A stretch of 63,798 nucleotides of DNA, the filler included, from Nemertoderma westbladi (taxonomy: Eukaryota > Animalia > Xenacoelomorpha), in NCBI GenBank assembly GCA_032718475.1. It is 4 parts of 4 records of this genome, joined end to end, with 100 filler letters (N's around TTAATTAATTAA, not from the genome) between each part and the next. Parts side by side here need not be neighbours in the genome. Positions count along the whole stretch, not along the records: positions 1 to 22,267 come from JAUCBJ010002289.1; 3 more parts are not named here. One strand, given 5' to 3'. The stretch's first letter is position 1; each line of letters starts with the position of its first letter. Positions 1 through 11,200 of this stretch are shown here, piece after piece. Under the pieces are notes generated by a model. That model searched no databases. It was not told the origin of the DNA and worked only from the letters and a program-made list of their open reading frames with translations. The translations under genes and the position numbers were made by a program.

Positions 1-3000
1 TTTGCTGGGTAACTATTTACTACAAATACAAATAGAAGTCAAAAATTGCTCAGTTGACGACAGTTGTCCACCCCCTTTCAGGGTGTCCGTCCACCCCCAT
101 TCTGGGTAGGGTAGTGCTCCCTAACTGAAGTCAGTACATCTATACATACACGCTTATTCACTTACTTATACAGATATGTATTCAATTTCTGATTCTCTAC
201 TGTAAGTGCTGAAGTGTGCATACTGCATAATAGCATATTAATGCATGATTGTTAACACTAATCGGTACAGACTTGTGGTCTTTACTAAATGGTACATGTG
301 TGCTACAATTTGTAGTCATGTATGTCAATTGCATTTACTAAGTAATTTCAATAGGCCTAGGCCTATCAGCCTAAATGGTTAATTTGAGCTGTAAAACTAA
401 ATTAAAACTAAATTAAATTTGCATTTATTTAACTGTCTAACCAGGCAGCCAGACTGCAGACTGTCATCCTGAACTGAACACAATGTTGTTTTCAGATCTG
501 CAGATCATGATCAGGGTGATTTATCACATATTTCTCCCAAATAGACTACTTTAAACATACAGAAGATATTAGAGATCCCCTAACAAAACTGGCACAGCCC
601 ATCCATATCGTTAGTTCCTGATATTTTAGGAGAAAGGAGCAGGTTACAGTGACTACCGGTAATTATTCTAACCAAAACAATAAATGACTGTTAATTCACA
701 ATTCTTGTAAGAATATTATCAAATCGTAGACAGCGAATTAGAAATTTGAATAGTTGAAAGCCAAGAGTAGCTTTAAAGAATGGTGGTCCATGAATCGGAT
801 GCCAGAGCTCTTGAATGTTTTGATGTGCACTTTTATATACTCCTGCCATTATCAGTACAGCCAGGCTCACTATCAAGTTCGGTTATTGGGTTTTGTAAAA
901 CTCTAGGTACAACTCTGACAATATCTATCCGTTCTGATTCAACATACTCATCACCAGAACGTGCTAAAATGATATTTTCATTTGTGCCTGGTAATGTGTA
1001 ATGTGGATATAGATTCTCCTGAATCAGACTCACTATCCTGCTATCACTACCACCACTACAGCTGCTCTCGATCTCAAGTTCAAAATCACTATCACTCAAT
1101 AAACCTGAAATATTATCAATGTTTGAATCACAGTCATTTTCACTTTCCTCAATAAGCCTAATATTTTCTTCCCCTTCACTTGCTTCATCAGATGAACCTT
1201 CACTGCCATCATGAACATCTTCACCAAATATTATATGATGTTCTAAACTACAGAACTACGCCAAACTCTGGACATTTACGGAAACCGGGTGGGTACGTAC
1301 ATATAGAAATAAAATAATAAAACGTACAACCTACACAATGATGTTGCAGACTTACTGACTGACATATGATTTCGTTTTGTCAAGTAATAATTCGTATTGC
1401 ATGTATTGTATTGTAATTTACAATGTAATAATGTAAAGACCCAATCAAAATTGACTTTGATTAAATTTATGGTTGGGAAAATCGCCAATAAGATAATTTT
1501 TCAGATGGGCAGGGGCCTCAGAATTAGCTATTGAGTGTTGTTGTGTAGCATGAATGTGTAGCTCTTACCTAAAACATCAATATTACTTTACTGACTGTAT
1601 ATAACCTGTTTCTGCATCATATTGAACACAACCCCTCACTCTAGAACAACAATTTTATATGTGATTATATGGAGAACTCAAGACTACATTTTGTAGTTGA
1701 CATGTACCTTTGGAGGTTTTCTATTCTCAGTGGTGTATAAATAGACATTTATGGTCATAGGAATGTTTAAGCATATAATTAATGCCTTAATCTAGGGATA
1801 GATGGCGCCTGGAGTATTAATTCCAAAATTTCTTTAACAAACTTGATGCTGAAACATTTCGGACTACAAAATGTAGCACACATGTACGTATTAGTGTTAA
1901 GCGATATAATAGGATTATACTGATATACGAAACCTGTGAAAGTGAATACAAAGCCTCGCTGGTAGTAAGACATGTAGGAGTTACATCACAGCTCTGTATA
2001 CTGGTATAGATAGACCTCTGGACCTACTGTAGGTAGATGCGGCCATCCTATTCATCAATCTGACTAAAGCCCAGTGGCCATTTGGGAGTCTTAGTCTGTT
2101 GCTTTGCTATTAGGTACGTGATACCTACGGCTTGGGGAAGTTTGTAGTTAGGCAATGGAGACTCAGAAAGATGTCACTCATATCCCAGAAGATGTCTAGC
2201 AGATCTCAAGTAGCAAGTCGGGCATCCTTTGATGTTCGGAGATCTCAAAGGCAACCCGATTTGGCTGCAATTGTGAGGAAATAGGCAGCGAGATTTGGTT
2301 TCACAAAGCAGCGAAATCTCGCTGAGAATACCCAACTGCGCTACGCCGGGCAATGAGCCGGAAGGGTCGGCGCAGAGATGTGCTACGCCGGCAGAGCACT
2401 GTCAATGGCTGAATGGTAGAGATGCTGCGCTCGGCGCAGCAGGCGTCGAAATATTCCCGGCGTCGACGCTGCAGAAATTGACCCGGCGGCGGCGCAGAAG
2501 CAGGAATCAGCCCAGCACACCCGGCGTACATATTTGCCTGGCGCAGCAATCCAGCAATCAGCCAAACCTAGCACCAGACAGACAGTGCTGCAGTGCTGCA
2601 GTGAGACTGAGACAGCAGACATGCGTTCATCAGACCAACAGCACAGCAACACAACAACAACTGGCCATGCAGGAGGCAGAAACTCACACTGTAGCACTGG
2701 CTGACTGCAAGCTGCAACTGGTCATTTATTTACGTATTTAACCTTATGCTGTTATGCAGTAGGCAGGTAGGCTATCAAAGTTCCAGCTATCAGCTGATCA
2801 GTCATTATTGCTATTGGTCATAGGCCTAGTCAGTTTATTTATTTACATAATATTGCAATGCAATATAATAATGCAATGCAGGCATGGGGTGTTGGCGTTG
2901 GGCCAGTAGTTCAATAAAACCTGAAATTAATTCATTGTTGGATGGATATTGTTTACCTGGTTTTGGTTACTGTTGCTGTTTAAAGGTATGGTGTAGTGTA

Positions 3001-3069
3001 GTTGCATTCTCATACTTTTAATATTTATACAGCTTAATTTTTTCATTACTCTTAGATTGGGATCAATTA

Positions 3070-4016
3070 TTTAAACGAAAGGCAACCCACTCACCACCAC
3101 AAATAACAAAGAAAACTAAACGTGATGAGGAGTCCTATTACTGTTTGGAGTGTCTCCGGAAAGGTCCAAATGGATCAAAGTCATTACAGTCGTGTTTGGT
3201 TGGGAGGAGTCGCGAACATAAGCGTCATAAGGATCGCCACCACAAGGATCTGCATTCCTCTAAAAGTACCGTACTCTAATATCGAAATATGATCCGAGTA
3301 CATCTGAACTTGTAAACAAATTCAAGGTCCCCCCCCCAGTAAAACTAGAGAATCACAAACAACAGAGGGACCATCCATCCCACGCCAGATTAGTGCTGAG
3401 ACACCATCCACCCAACACCAGGAGCAGGCTATTGTAGAACCATTGTCGTCAATAAGTACTGATATTGCAAGTGCTATAGGCCTACCGGTATCAGTTTTAT
3501 TACCCCTAAATATAACAGCTGCGGAGAGTGAGAATTGTGAAGAAGATTTAACCTCTTCTTCTCCCCCACCATTGACTTTATCCATTGGTCATGATATTGA
3601 TCGCCCAACATGACCATCTTCGTGGTTTTCTAATGCACCCTCTAGTACTTCCTCAATATCATCTGAATTAAAGTCCATGGAGAATAGGATATTGGATGCC
3701 TTAAAAGATTTGCAATTAAGTCCAGTTCCTAAGCCGCTACCACAACCAGAAGGTGCAGAGGATAGTTATATTGACTGGAACGCTATAAAAGCACTAGATG
3801 ATTTGCCAGAATGTATCTGTTCAACTGTGTCCACGGACAATGTAGTGCGTATTATATGTGATATATGTTCCAGATTTTACTAGGAAACAGGACGAAAGCT
3901 TGTTTCCCAATCTCTCGCTGCTGGATTAGTGTACAGGTGACAGGGGTGAAAAGGCAGTGCAAATAGTATCCGCTGAGGGAAATGCGTGGGTGAGATTGAA
4001 AAGCCTTGTAAAACAT
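3070..4016 (+). pseudogene. Degenerate N-terminal part of a hAT-like transposase (interrupted at 4016, resumes at 10408)
   Basis: Broken frames with Cys/His-rich segments (YYCLECL...KRHKDRHH; ICDICSRF). The last frame reads NAWVRLKSLVKH and joins HIGLMDGCAHMQAL at 10408 once the 4017-10396 insert is removed. Start coordinate approximate. Confidence 0.45.
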
Positions 4017-4101
4017 AGGATGGCTAAAACGTCTGTCCTTATCTGATCTGATCTGATCTGATCTGACGGTATCTGACACTTGTTCCACCTTGGTTCAGAG
4101 C

Positions 4102-4270
4102 GCACCTTGGTGTAGTGGTTATATTGAATTCACATATCTCGGAGGTTGTGGGTTCAACCCCGGCGTGGCGGCCAAGGTAGTTTTCGATTCGGCACGAATG
4201 TTTTGAAGGGTTTAGCGAGGCTGGACTTTCTGCCTATGTCAGCATGTGAAGTTTCCCCGGTATTCCACTT
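4102..4270 (+). mobile_element. tRNA-derived SINE (degenerate; same family as 27165 and 57890)
   Basis: A-box-like TGGTGTAGTGG, B-box-like GGTTCAACCC, then shared body GTTTTCG.TTCGGCACGAATG.TTTGAAGGG. Confidence 0.6.
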
Positions 4271-4855
4271 AAACTAAGGGGGGGATTCAATATAACACCT
4301 CCCGCTCTGAAACTAACGATAATAACTAAAAGACTAACTGAAACGAACTAAAAGGAATTCAAATAAAATAAGCTAGAAAACTTAAATTTGTCTTTAGCGG
4401 CTGGTGCCAAATTTTGGTGCCGGCCCATGTGAAGAATACCGCCCACACAAGGATTTCACTTTTCAGTCGACTTTTACTGGAATTTTATATATGAAGATTT
4501 TAATTATTTTTTAATTTATCTTTATTGAGTGTATTATAGAGCTTATTTATGTCTTATAACCTGAAAATATACTAATTCGTTTATTGTTTTGGTTATATTC
4601 AGCCGTTCTGTAACCTGTGTTTTGGTGAAAACCTGGTATTCTTTACATGGGGGTAACTGCAAAGTGAAATATAACGTCATAAAGTCTGGTATTCTTCGCC
4701 CATGTAAAGAATACCAGGATTTCACTTTTCGGTCGATTTTTTATTGGTCGATATTTTTTATTAAATTTATCTTTATTAAGTGTTTTATGCGCATGCGCGA
4801 TGTCCTTTATTTTTTGAGGCATCCCCCTCTCTATTATTTTTTGAGGGGATGATCT

Positions 4856-5072
4856 TATGGCGATTATTATTAGTAACAAATAAGTGTAGAGCCCAGAAAG
4901 TTAATTTAATATTACTACAATAATATTCAGTCAACAATAAATGAAACCATACCGATATATATAATACAATCACCTAATGTATTATAGGCAAACCAATAAT
5001 AATGATAATCAGCTGATTGCCAGCTGTGCATTCTTATCTGTTCTGGCTCAGGCCAATTACATGATCGCCATA
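4856..5072 (-). repeat. 3' LTR
   Basis: Identical to 9319-9535; termini TATGGCGAT...ATCGCCATA; preceded on the minus strand by the PPT. Confidence 0.95.
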
Positions 5073-5084
5073 GTACTCCCTCCC
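5073..5084 (-). other. Polypurine tract
   Basis: GGGAGGGAGTAC immediately before the 3' LTR on the minus strand. Confidence 0.8.
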
Positions 5085-5212
5085 AGCGACGCTTACTGGC
5101 CAGAGTTGGAAGGTGATACCAACACGGACCTGTATGCGGAGAGATACAATTATAGTTTATTTAACAATTTCCTTCACCATTAAGTATGACACACAATATG
5201 ATATTCTGAATA

Positions 5213-8200
5213 CTATGATATACTGTTCATAGTCCCTCGAACTTTACCGGGTGGTCTCACTGCCCTGCCCGACCTGGTGGCTGGCAACACCGCCGGCAGT
5301 GCCATCCCATACGCCACCTTCAATCTGTCTATAGAAACCACGTCCTTCTTCCCGTTGATGTTGAGGATGAAGGCCTTCTCCCCAACCTCTAGGACACGGA
5401 AAGGGCCTTTGTATGGCCTGGTGAGGGGTGTTGAGCGCGCGTCAACACGCACAAATACCCATCCTGTGTTGGCTAGGTCTTGTGACACGTGTGCCGGTGG
5501 TTTGTGATGGTGGATAGGTGGGGGTGGTTGTAGTTGTTGCATGACCCTGCGGAGTTCGTCGACGAAGGGTTGAGTCGGTTGTGAGGCCCTGTCTACTGTC
5601 TCCGACGACACAAAATCCCCGGGGAGCGTTAAAGCCGTGCCGTAGGTGAGGTCCGCCGCCGAACACTCTGGGTCTTCTCTCCACACGGTGCGCATGTGGA
5701 GGAGCGCAAAAGGCAAGTGCGTCATCCAGGTGGCCCCGGCGGCCTCGCACCTGGCCTCCAGCGTCGTCTTCAGCTGTCGGTGTATTCTCTCCACCATCCC
5801 ATTTGCTTGCGGGTGGTACGCGGTTGTGTTCGAGGCTGTTGTTCCCATGAGTTTGTTGAGCGCAATCCACAGTGTCGATGTGAATTGCGGTCCCCTGTCC
5901 GATGTAAGGTCCGTCGGAACCCCGAAACGGGCAATCCAGCCTCTTAGCAAGGCCGATGCGCACTCCTCAGCCGTTGCTCTCACCATGGGGATGGCTTCCG
6001 GCCACCGGGAGAACCGGTCTACGACCGTGAATAGGTAGTTGTATCCCTCAGACGTCGGCAGGGGGCCGACTATGTCAACGTGGAGTGATCCGAAACGGCG
6101 ATTTGGTGGTGGTCGCGTGACTAGAGGGGCCTTGTTGTGTCTTGCGACCTTGGATGCTTGGCACTGTAAGCATTCTTTACACCACCGTCTCACGTCTTTC
6201 TTCTGTCCATGCCACACAAACCTCATTGCCACGGCCTTTTGTGTCGGGCGAACTGCGGCGTGGCCCAAGCCGTGTACCATGTCGAAAGCCCTCTTGGTCC
6301 ACTCTTTTGGGAGGACAGGACGGTTCAGTCCGGTAGAATCGTCGCAGAGTATGGATAACCCATTATCAAATGGCACATCAATGAGATGGAGTCCTGAGAT
6401 GGCGGTTCGATACGCGGCGATCTCCTCGCTGAACGACTGATCTCGGGATAGCGATTTGTAATCCATTCCTCTTACCGGGTGAACTGTTGAGAGCAACGGA
6501 GGCGTTGGACTATCCGGAGTGGCGCGGGAGAGAGCGTCCGCTACTACGTTGGAATTCCCTGAGACGTGGCGGACGTCAGAGGTGAATTCCGCAATGAAAG
6601 CTAAGTGCCTTGTCTGGCGAGGTGAGCGCTCTACTGCAGAGGCCAATGCACCAGTTAGCGGGCGGTGATCTGTTAAGATGTGGAAACTCCGGCCCTCTAG
6701 GTGGTGTCGGAAAGCCTTGATGGACAGGTAGACGGCCAATAATTCTCTGTCGAACGCCGAGTATTTCATTTCCGCCGGTTTGAGTTTCTTCGAGTAGAAA
6801 GAGACTGGTGCCCACAACCCCGATGGCTGCAATTGAGACAACTCGGCACCTACTGCCAAGCCGGAGGCGTCCGTAGTAACGCGCGTTTGCGCACGAGAGT
6901 TTGGGTGTACTAAGAGGACCGCAGATGCGAGGGCATCTTTGGCAGCATTGAAAGCGGCCACGCACTCGACGGAGAAGAAGAAGTGGGATGGTTTCTTGAC
7001 CCTGACCGCCTCGTAGAGGGGACGGAGGACACCGGCTAGACCAGGAACGAATCGGTGGTAATAATTGATGACGCCCAGAAAGCGTTGTAGATCCGCCTTG
7101 GACTTTGGCGCCACGTACTCCTTGATCGCATTTACTCTTGTCGGCAATGGAGCAATACCTTCGCAGGTAACCCGGTGGCCCAAGTAGTTGAGTTCAGTGG
7201 CTCCGAGGACACTCTTGGTCTTGTTTATGACGAGGCCATTGTCTCTGAGAAGGCGTAGAACCGTGCGGAGATGTTCTTCATGTTCGTCGTTGCCATTGCT
7301 CGCGATCAGCACATCGTCTAGATATACGAAAACGAAGGGGAGTCCCTGGAGTACTCCGGACATTAGGCGTTGAAACGCTTGCGCTGCGTTCCTAAGTCCG
7401 AAAGGCATGCGGACAAACTCCCAGAGACCGAACGGTGTGATTATCGCAGTCTTGGGAATGTCCGCGGCCGCCATGGGGATCTGGTGGTAGCCTTTGATTA
7501 GGTCCAGTTTGGAAAAGACGGTGCATCCGGCGACGTTGACGTTAAAGTCTTGTACGTGTGGTAGGGGATAGCGGTCGTCTTCTGTGACTTCGTTTAGTCT
7601 CCGGTAGTCACCACACGGCCTCCACGACCCATCTGGTTTCAGTACCATGTGTAATGGGCTGGCCCAAGGCGAGGATGATGGGCGGATGATTCCGGCGGCT
7701 TCCATCTTCGCGAACTCCGCCTTGGCCGCCGCTAACTTGTCTGTGTTCAATCTTCGCGCCCTGGCAAACACAGGCGGCCCGTGGGTCGGTATATAATGTT
7801 CTACTCTGTGTTTGTTAGGGGCTCCCACCTCGAAGCGGGGGACGAGCACCTCGGGGTAGTCCGCCAAGATGGCGTCGAAGCGGGAGAGCCAGGAAACTCG
7901 GAGCCCGGCGAGGACGGTAGAGAGTGAGGCCGGTGTGCCGTACACCGAGTATCCGTGGTCGAGGTTAACGAGCCGGCGTCCTCTCATGTCGATTGCGAAA
8001 CCAAATGACGCGAAGAAATCGGCGCCGAGGATCGCCTCACCGACGTCAGCAACGATGAAATCATGTGTAAAGAGTTTGTCTCCCTCGGTGGAGGACCTGA
8101 GAGATATACCACAGTTAGACTCGCCCCATGCTCGTATCTTGGAGCCGTTTGCTGCGACCAGAGGGGAGGATTCGGGTTCACGGCGTTGACGTGGAGAGGC

Positions 8201-8272
8201 TGGGAGGACAGAGATGTCCGCTCCTGAGTCGATTAGGAAGGAGACGCCGGTGCGGCGGTCTACTATTCTCAT
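5213..8272 (-). CDS. pol: Gypsy Pol polyprotein (protease, RT, RNase H, integrase); true start is the frameshift site near 8326
   Basis: FLIDSGAD protease, RMPFGLRNA and YLDD RT motifs, TDAS...ELLA RNase H, HHCC zinc finger, D-D-E integrase core (LHVD, SDRG, ERIH), GPF C-terminal motif. Confidence 0.95.
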   Translation of the reverse strand: MRIVDRRTGVSFLIDSGADISVLPASPRQRREPESSPLVAANGSKIRAWGESNCGISLRSSTEGDKLFTHDFIVADVGEAILGADFFASFGFAIDMRGRRLVNLDHGYSVYGTPASLSTVLAGLRVSWLSRFDAILADYPEVLVPRFEVGAPNKHRVEHYIPTHGPPVFARARRLNTDKLAAAKAEFAKMEAAGIIRPSSSPWASPLHMVLKPDGSWRPCGDYRRLNEVTEDDRYPLPHVQDFNVNVAGCTVFSKLDLIKGYHQIPMAAADIPKTAIITPFGLWEFVRMPFGLRNAAQAFQRLMSGVLQGLPFVFVYLDDVLIASNGNDEHEEHLRTVLRLLRDNGLVINKTKSVLGATELNYLGHRVTCEGIAPLPTRVNAIKEYVAPKSKADLQRFLGVINYYHRFVPGLAGVLRPLYEAVRVKKPSHFFFSVECVAAFNAAKDALASAVLLVHPNSRAQTRVTTDASGLAVGAELSQLQPSGLWAPVSFYSKKLKPAEMKYSAFDRELLAVYLSIKAFRHHLEGRSFHILTDHRPLTGALASAVERSPRQTRHLAFIAEFTSDVRHVSGNSNVVADALSRATPDSPTPPLLSTVHPVRGMDYKSLSRDQSFSEEIAAYRTAISGLHLIDVPFDNGLSILCDDSTGLNRPVLPKEWTKRAFDMVHGLGHAAVRPTQKAVAMRFVWHGQKKDVRRWCKECLQCQASKVARHNKAPLVTRPPPNRRFGSLHVDIVGPLPTSEGYNYLFTVVDRFSRWPEAIPMVRATAEECASALLRGWIARFGVPTDLTSDRGPQFTSTLWIALNKLMGTTASNTTAYHPQANGMVERIHRQLKTTLEARCEAAGATWMTHLPFALLHMRTVWREDPECSAADLTYGTALTLPGDFVSSETVDRASQPTQPFVDELRRVMQQLQPPPPIHHHKPPAHVSQDLANTGWVFVRVDARSTPLTRPYKGPFRVLEVGEKAFILNINGKKDVVSIDRLKVAYGMALPAVLPATRSGRAVRPPGKVRGTMNSIS

Positions 8273-8290
8273 CGTATACCTCTTCTTTGT

Positions 8291-8332
8291 GCCGACCGCT
8301 CCGGTAATTAGCGGCCGGCCTAATCGTTTCCC
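8291..8332 (-). promoter_or_regulatory. -1 programmed ribosomal frameshift signal (gag to pol)
   Basis: Slippery heptamer G GGA AAC (8332-8326), 6-nt spacer, then a 9-bp stem GCCGGCCGC/GCGGTCGGC. The -1 frame is open and continuous with pol. Confidence 0.85.
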
Positions 8333-9249
8333 GGCAGTTCTGTTGCATCCATTGAGTTGTACGCTGGGGACCCCTCTTCGTATAGCACATTCACGTTACT
8401 GCGGAAACGGCAGCCGCCCCCTTTGCATCTGTTCGCTCTGCGTCCAAAGGTTTTGTGATAGTAACACAGCCCATTGGAGAGCTCCACTGTGTTGAAAGAG
8501 GAGGGGAAAGGGCGTCCCTGCTGTTGGCGACTGCCGCCGCTTGAGCCCGACTGCCCCGAGCTATACCTGTTCCCTCCAAAACCTCCATTGTTACCGCCTC
8601 GTCCTCCGCCGCGTCGCCCTCCGCCGGAACTGACGGCGTTTATGCCGGGCTGACCTTTGGCCTCTAATACCTTGTCGCACATCGCTGCAAAATCTTCGCC
8701 AGTGGTGGTGTCAGTGACCGTGGTTGAAACGATTGCAGCGATGTCCTTGGGCAGCTGGGAGACGAACAAAGCGCGCAGGAGGGTGTCGGCGTTCCCGTCA
8801 GAGAGCGACTGCAAGTACCTCCAGTAGGATGATGGTTTCCGGTCGCCGAGGCCGGTTAGGTTCAGCAATTCTTTGTCCTTGGAGGCCTGGGTCTGCGCGT
8901 AGGCGGAGATTAGCGCCTCCTTGAGGGTCTGGTACCTGGTGCCTGCAGCCGGGGGGTGCTCCAGGATGTGGCGTACCTCTGCCGCCGCGACACCATCGAG
9001 TGCGGTTATCAAATAGCCGTAGCGAGTTTCGTCCGAGGTGATTGGTGGCGCGCGCGTCGAGAATGCAGCCTCGGTCTGTATAAACCATAGTTTTGGTTCG
9101 TTCCTCCAGAAGGAGGCCAGTTTTAGAGATACAGCATTGAGGGACTCCGTGGCTGTGACGGCCGTGGTCCGCTCTTGTTTCAGCCAGTCCAACTCGACCT
9201 GCAGTTCTTCCATCGTCATTGTCATCTTGGGGGGTTGACTAACGGCCAT
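8320..9249 (-). CDS. gag: Gypsy Gag
   Basis: KLASFWRNEPKLWFIQTEAAF N-terminal motif, LGDRKPS, C-terminal CYYHKTFGRRANRCKGGGC knuckle; lies between PBS and pol. Confidence 0.9.
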   Translation of the reverse strand: MAVSQPPKMTMTMEELQVELDWLKQERTTAVTATESLNAVSLKLASFWRNEPKLWFIQTEAAFSTRAPPITSDETRYGYLITALDGVAAAEVRHILEHPPAAGTRYQTLKEALISAYAQTQASKDKELLNLTGLGDRKPSSYWRYLQSLSDGNADTLLRALFVSQLPKDIAAIVSTTVTDTTTGEDFAAMCDKVLEAKGQPGINAVSSGGGRRGGGRGGNNGGFGGNRYSSGQSGSSGGSRQQQGRPFPSSFNTVELSNGLCYYHKTFGRRANRCKGGGCRFRSNVNVLYEEGSPAYNSMDATELPGND

Positions 9250-9299
9250 TTAGGTAATTAATTAATTTAAATTAATAAATAAAATAAATTTAAAATTAA

Positions 9300-9317
9300 A
9301 TCTCGTCCGGGTCACCA
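9300..9317 (-). other. Primer binding site, tRNA-Trp-like
   Basis: TGGTGACCCGGACGAGAT one nt after the 5' LTR; 16/18 match to the known tRNA-Trp PBS TGGTGACCCCGACGTGAT. Confidence 0.8.
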
Positions 9318-9318
9318 A

Positions 9319-9535
9319 TATGGCGATTATTATTAGTAACAAATAAGTGTAGAGCCCAGAAAGTTAATTTAATATTACTACAATAATATTCAGTCAACAA
9401 TAAATGAAACCATACCGATATATATAATACAATCACCTAATGTATTATAGGCAAACCAATAATAATGATAATCAGCTGATTGCCAGCTGTGCATTCTTAT
9501 CTGTTCTGGCTCAGGCCAATTACATGATCGCCATA
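9319..9535 (-). repeat. 5' LTR
   Basis: Identical to 4856-5072. Confidence 0.95.
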
Positions 9536-10407
9536 GTCTATTGATCAGTCAGTCGGACAGACGGTTAGTAAGAAGGTGGGTGTAAACAAGCCGCCGCGGT
9601 AACATATTCTCCTTTCCCTCAATTGCAGAATTGGTAGGTAACAAAATCCTTTATTGTTTTGGTTAGAAAACCCTGTCTCGGTAACCTGCTCCTTTCCCTC
9701 AATTTGTAGGTAAAAAGTCGTTTATTGTTTTGGTTAGAAATTACAGCCGCTGTAACCTGCTCTTTTCCTTCAATTGGAAGGTAACAACAGCGTTTATTAA
9801 TTCCTACATTCCCATCCACCTTCCCATATTCCTTCCTTCATCGTCTAAGTATAAACTCCATTGTATCAGCTGGCAATGCAATATGGGGCATGTTAATTGT
9901 TTCGTCATATACACACTACACAGTAGGCCTAGAGAGATACCCCTTCCTGCCTTCCCTTTAGTTGTTTAGCGTAACAAACAAACAATAAATATTTTAAATG
10001 TAATGTATTAATAAATATCATTACTTAATTAATAATATTAATTATAATTAATATTATTAACTTTAACTATTAATAATGATAACTATTAACAAGAAAGATT
10101 TACGAAAACACAACTTTCATACCCGCCATCCTTCATCCTATATCGCATTTTTAATATATAATAATATGCCTTTTTGCATTAGATGCATACCGGTATGCCT
10201 GTACTGCAACGTCAAATGATGATACTGATACAGTACATTAAACAGGCAATGTGAAACATGATCCCCTATTCAGCTATTGGCTATTTACCTAACAGACAGT
10301 TAGGTAAATATTATATCTCTTTCTCCTGATTGGTTATAGGATCAGATGCTGTCAGATCAGATCAGATCAGATAAGGACAGACGTTTTATTCTACCTCTGT
10401 AAAACAT

Positions 10408-11200
10408 CATATAGGTTTAATGGATGGATGCGCCCACATGCAGGCTCTGTAGTCTGTACTATAACAACAAATGTCGCACATATGAGAAACGTAGCCAATT
10501 AGTTATGTTTAATTTGGTTACAGCTTGTTTGACTGTGGTAAAGGAGAAAGCAGCTGCACAGCATTACGAAACACAAATAGCTTGCTTGAAGTTAACTGGA
10601 GCAGATGTTGGAAACCTGGGCCATAGCAGGGAGAACGTGCCCCAAATACTAGATGCTGCAGCTACTGTAATAGATTTGACATTTGAAAAGTATCTGAAGA
10701 CGCCCTTAGAGTCAACTGGGTTAAGCCCACATTTCTGGACAACAGTGGATAAAAGTACGCCAGGCCGTACCACAAATCAGGCTATATTAATCTGCCCTGT
10801 TATCAATGGCAAACGGGAGGCTGTGTTTGTCAATTCCCCAAAAGTATATGATATATTAGTCGATGAATTGACTGGTGGCAGTTTAACCGAGCTGTCAAAG
10901 GAGACAATAACGCAAATTAAGACTACATATAATTTGGTCCCTGAAGATTTATCTCGTTTGGTTGGGGTAAGCGCCGATGGTGCCTACAGGTCAGCCTCCT
11001 TTAAGGACGTTTTAGCTGCGGAGTGTGGAGGGAATGTCGTTCCAGATTTTACTGTCTTGTGGGATGGGGCACACTTGATTGGACCTGGTTGTCACCGACA
11101 TAAAGTCAAGTAAGATTGGATCTTCTGCTAAATATTTGAATAGAGTTATACGCCGAACAAATATATTTAGAACTGATCTTAAGCATGGTAAGAAATTCGA
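10408..11200 (+). pseudogene. hAT-like DDE transposase, central fragment (frameshifted, truncated)
   Basis: TTVDKST (first D), GVSADGAY (second D), WDGAHL/DL at the CxxH position; frameshift near 11080; ends in a tandem duplication of about 62 bp (11211-11350). Confidence 0.65.

Larger units (their letters stand above)
4856..9535 (-). mobile_element. Full-length Ty3/Gypsy LTR retrotransposon, CsRN1/Kabuki-like
   Basis: Two identical 217-bp LTRs, PBS, PPT, intact gag and pol (PR-RT-RH-IN order), Gag CCHC-variant knuckle CYYH-x9-C-x4-C, tRNA-Trp-like PBS, near-perfect 4-bp TSD (ATCT/GTCT). Confidence 0.95.
4017..10396. mobile_element. Non-autonomous TIR DNA element (about 1.7 kb without the nested LTR element), 10-11-bp TSD
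   Basis: Inverted termini: TAAAACGTCTGTCCTTATCTG(ATCTG)n at 4025-4076 and its reverse complement at 10342-10388, with outer AGG...CCT. Direct repeat TGTAAAACAT at 4007-4016 and 10398-10407. Confidence 0.7.

Noticed and set aside
691-1250. Acidic minus-strand reading frame
   Set aside because: Interrupted by stops with no recognisable motif; cannot assign.
5277-9238. Many short ORFs overlapping gag/pol, and similar ones antisense to the host genes
   Set aside because: Shadow ORFs of GC-richer coding sequence.
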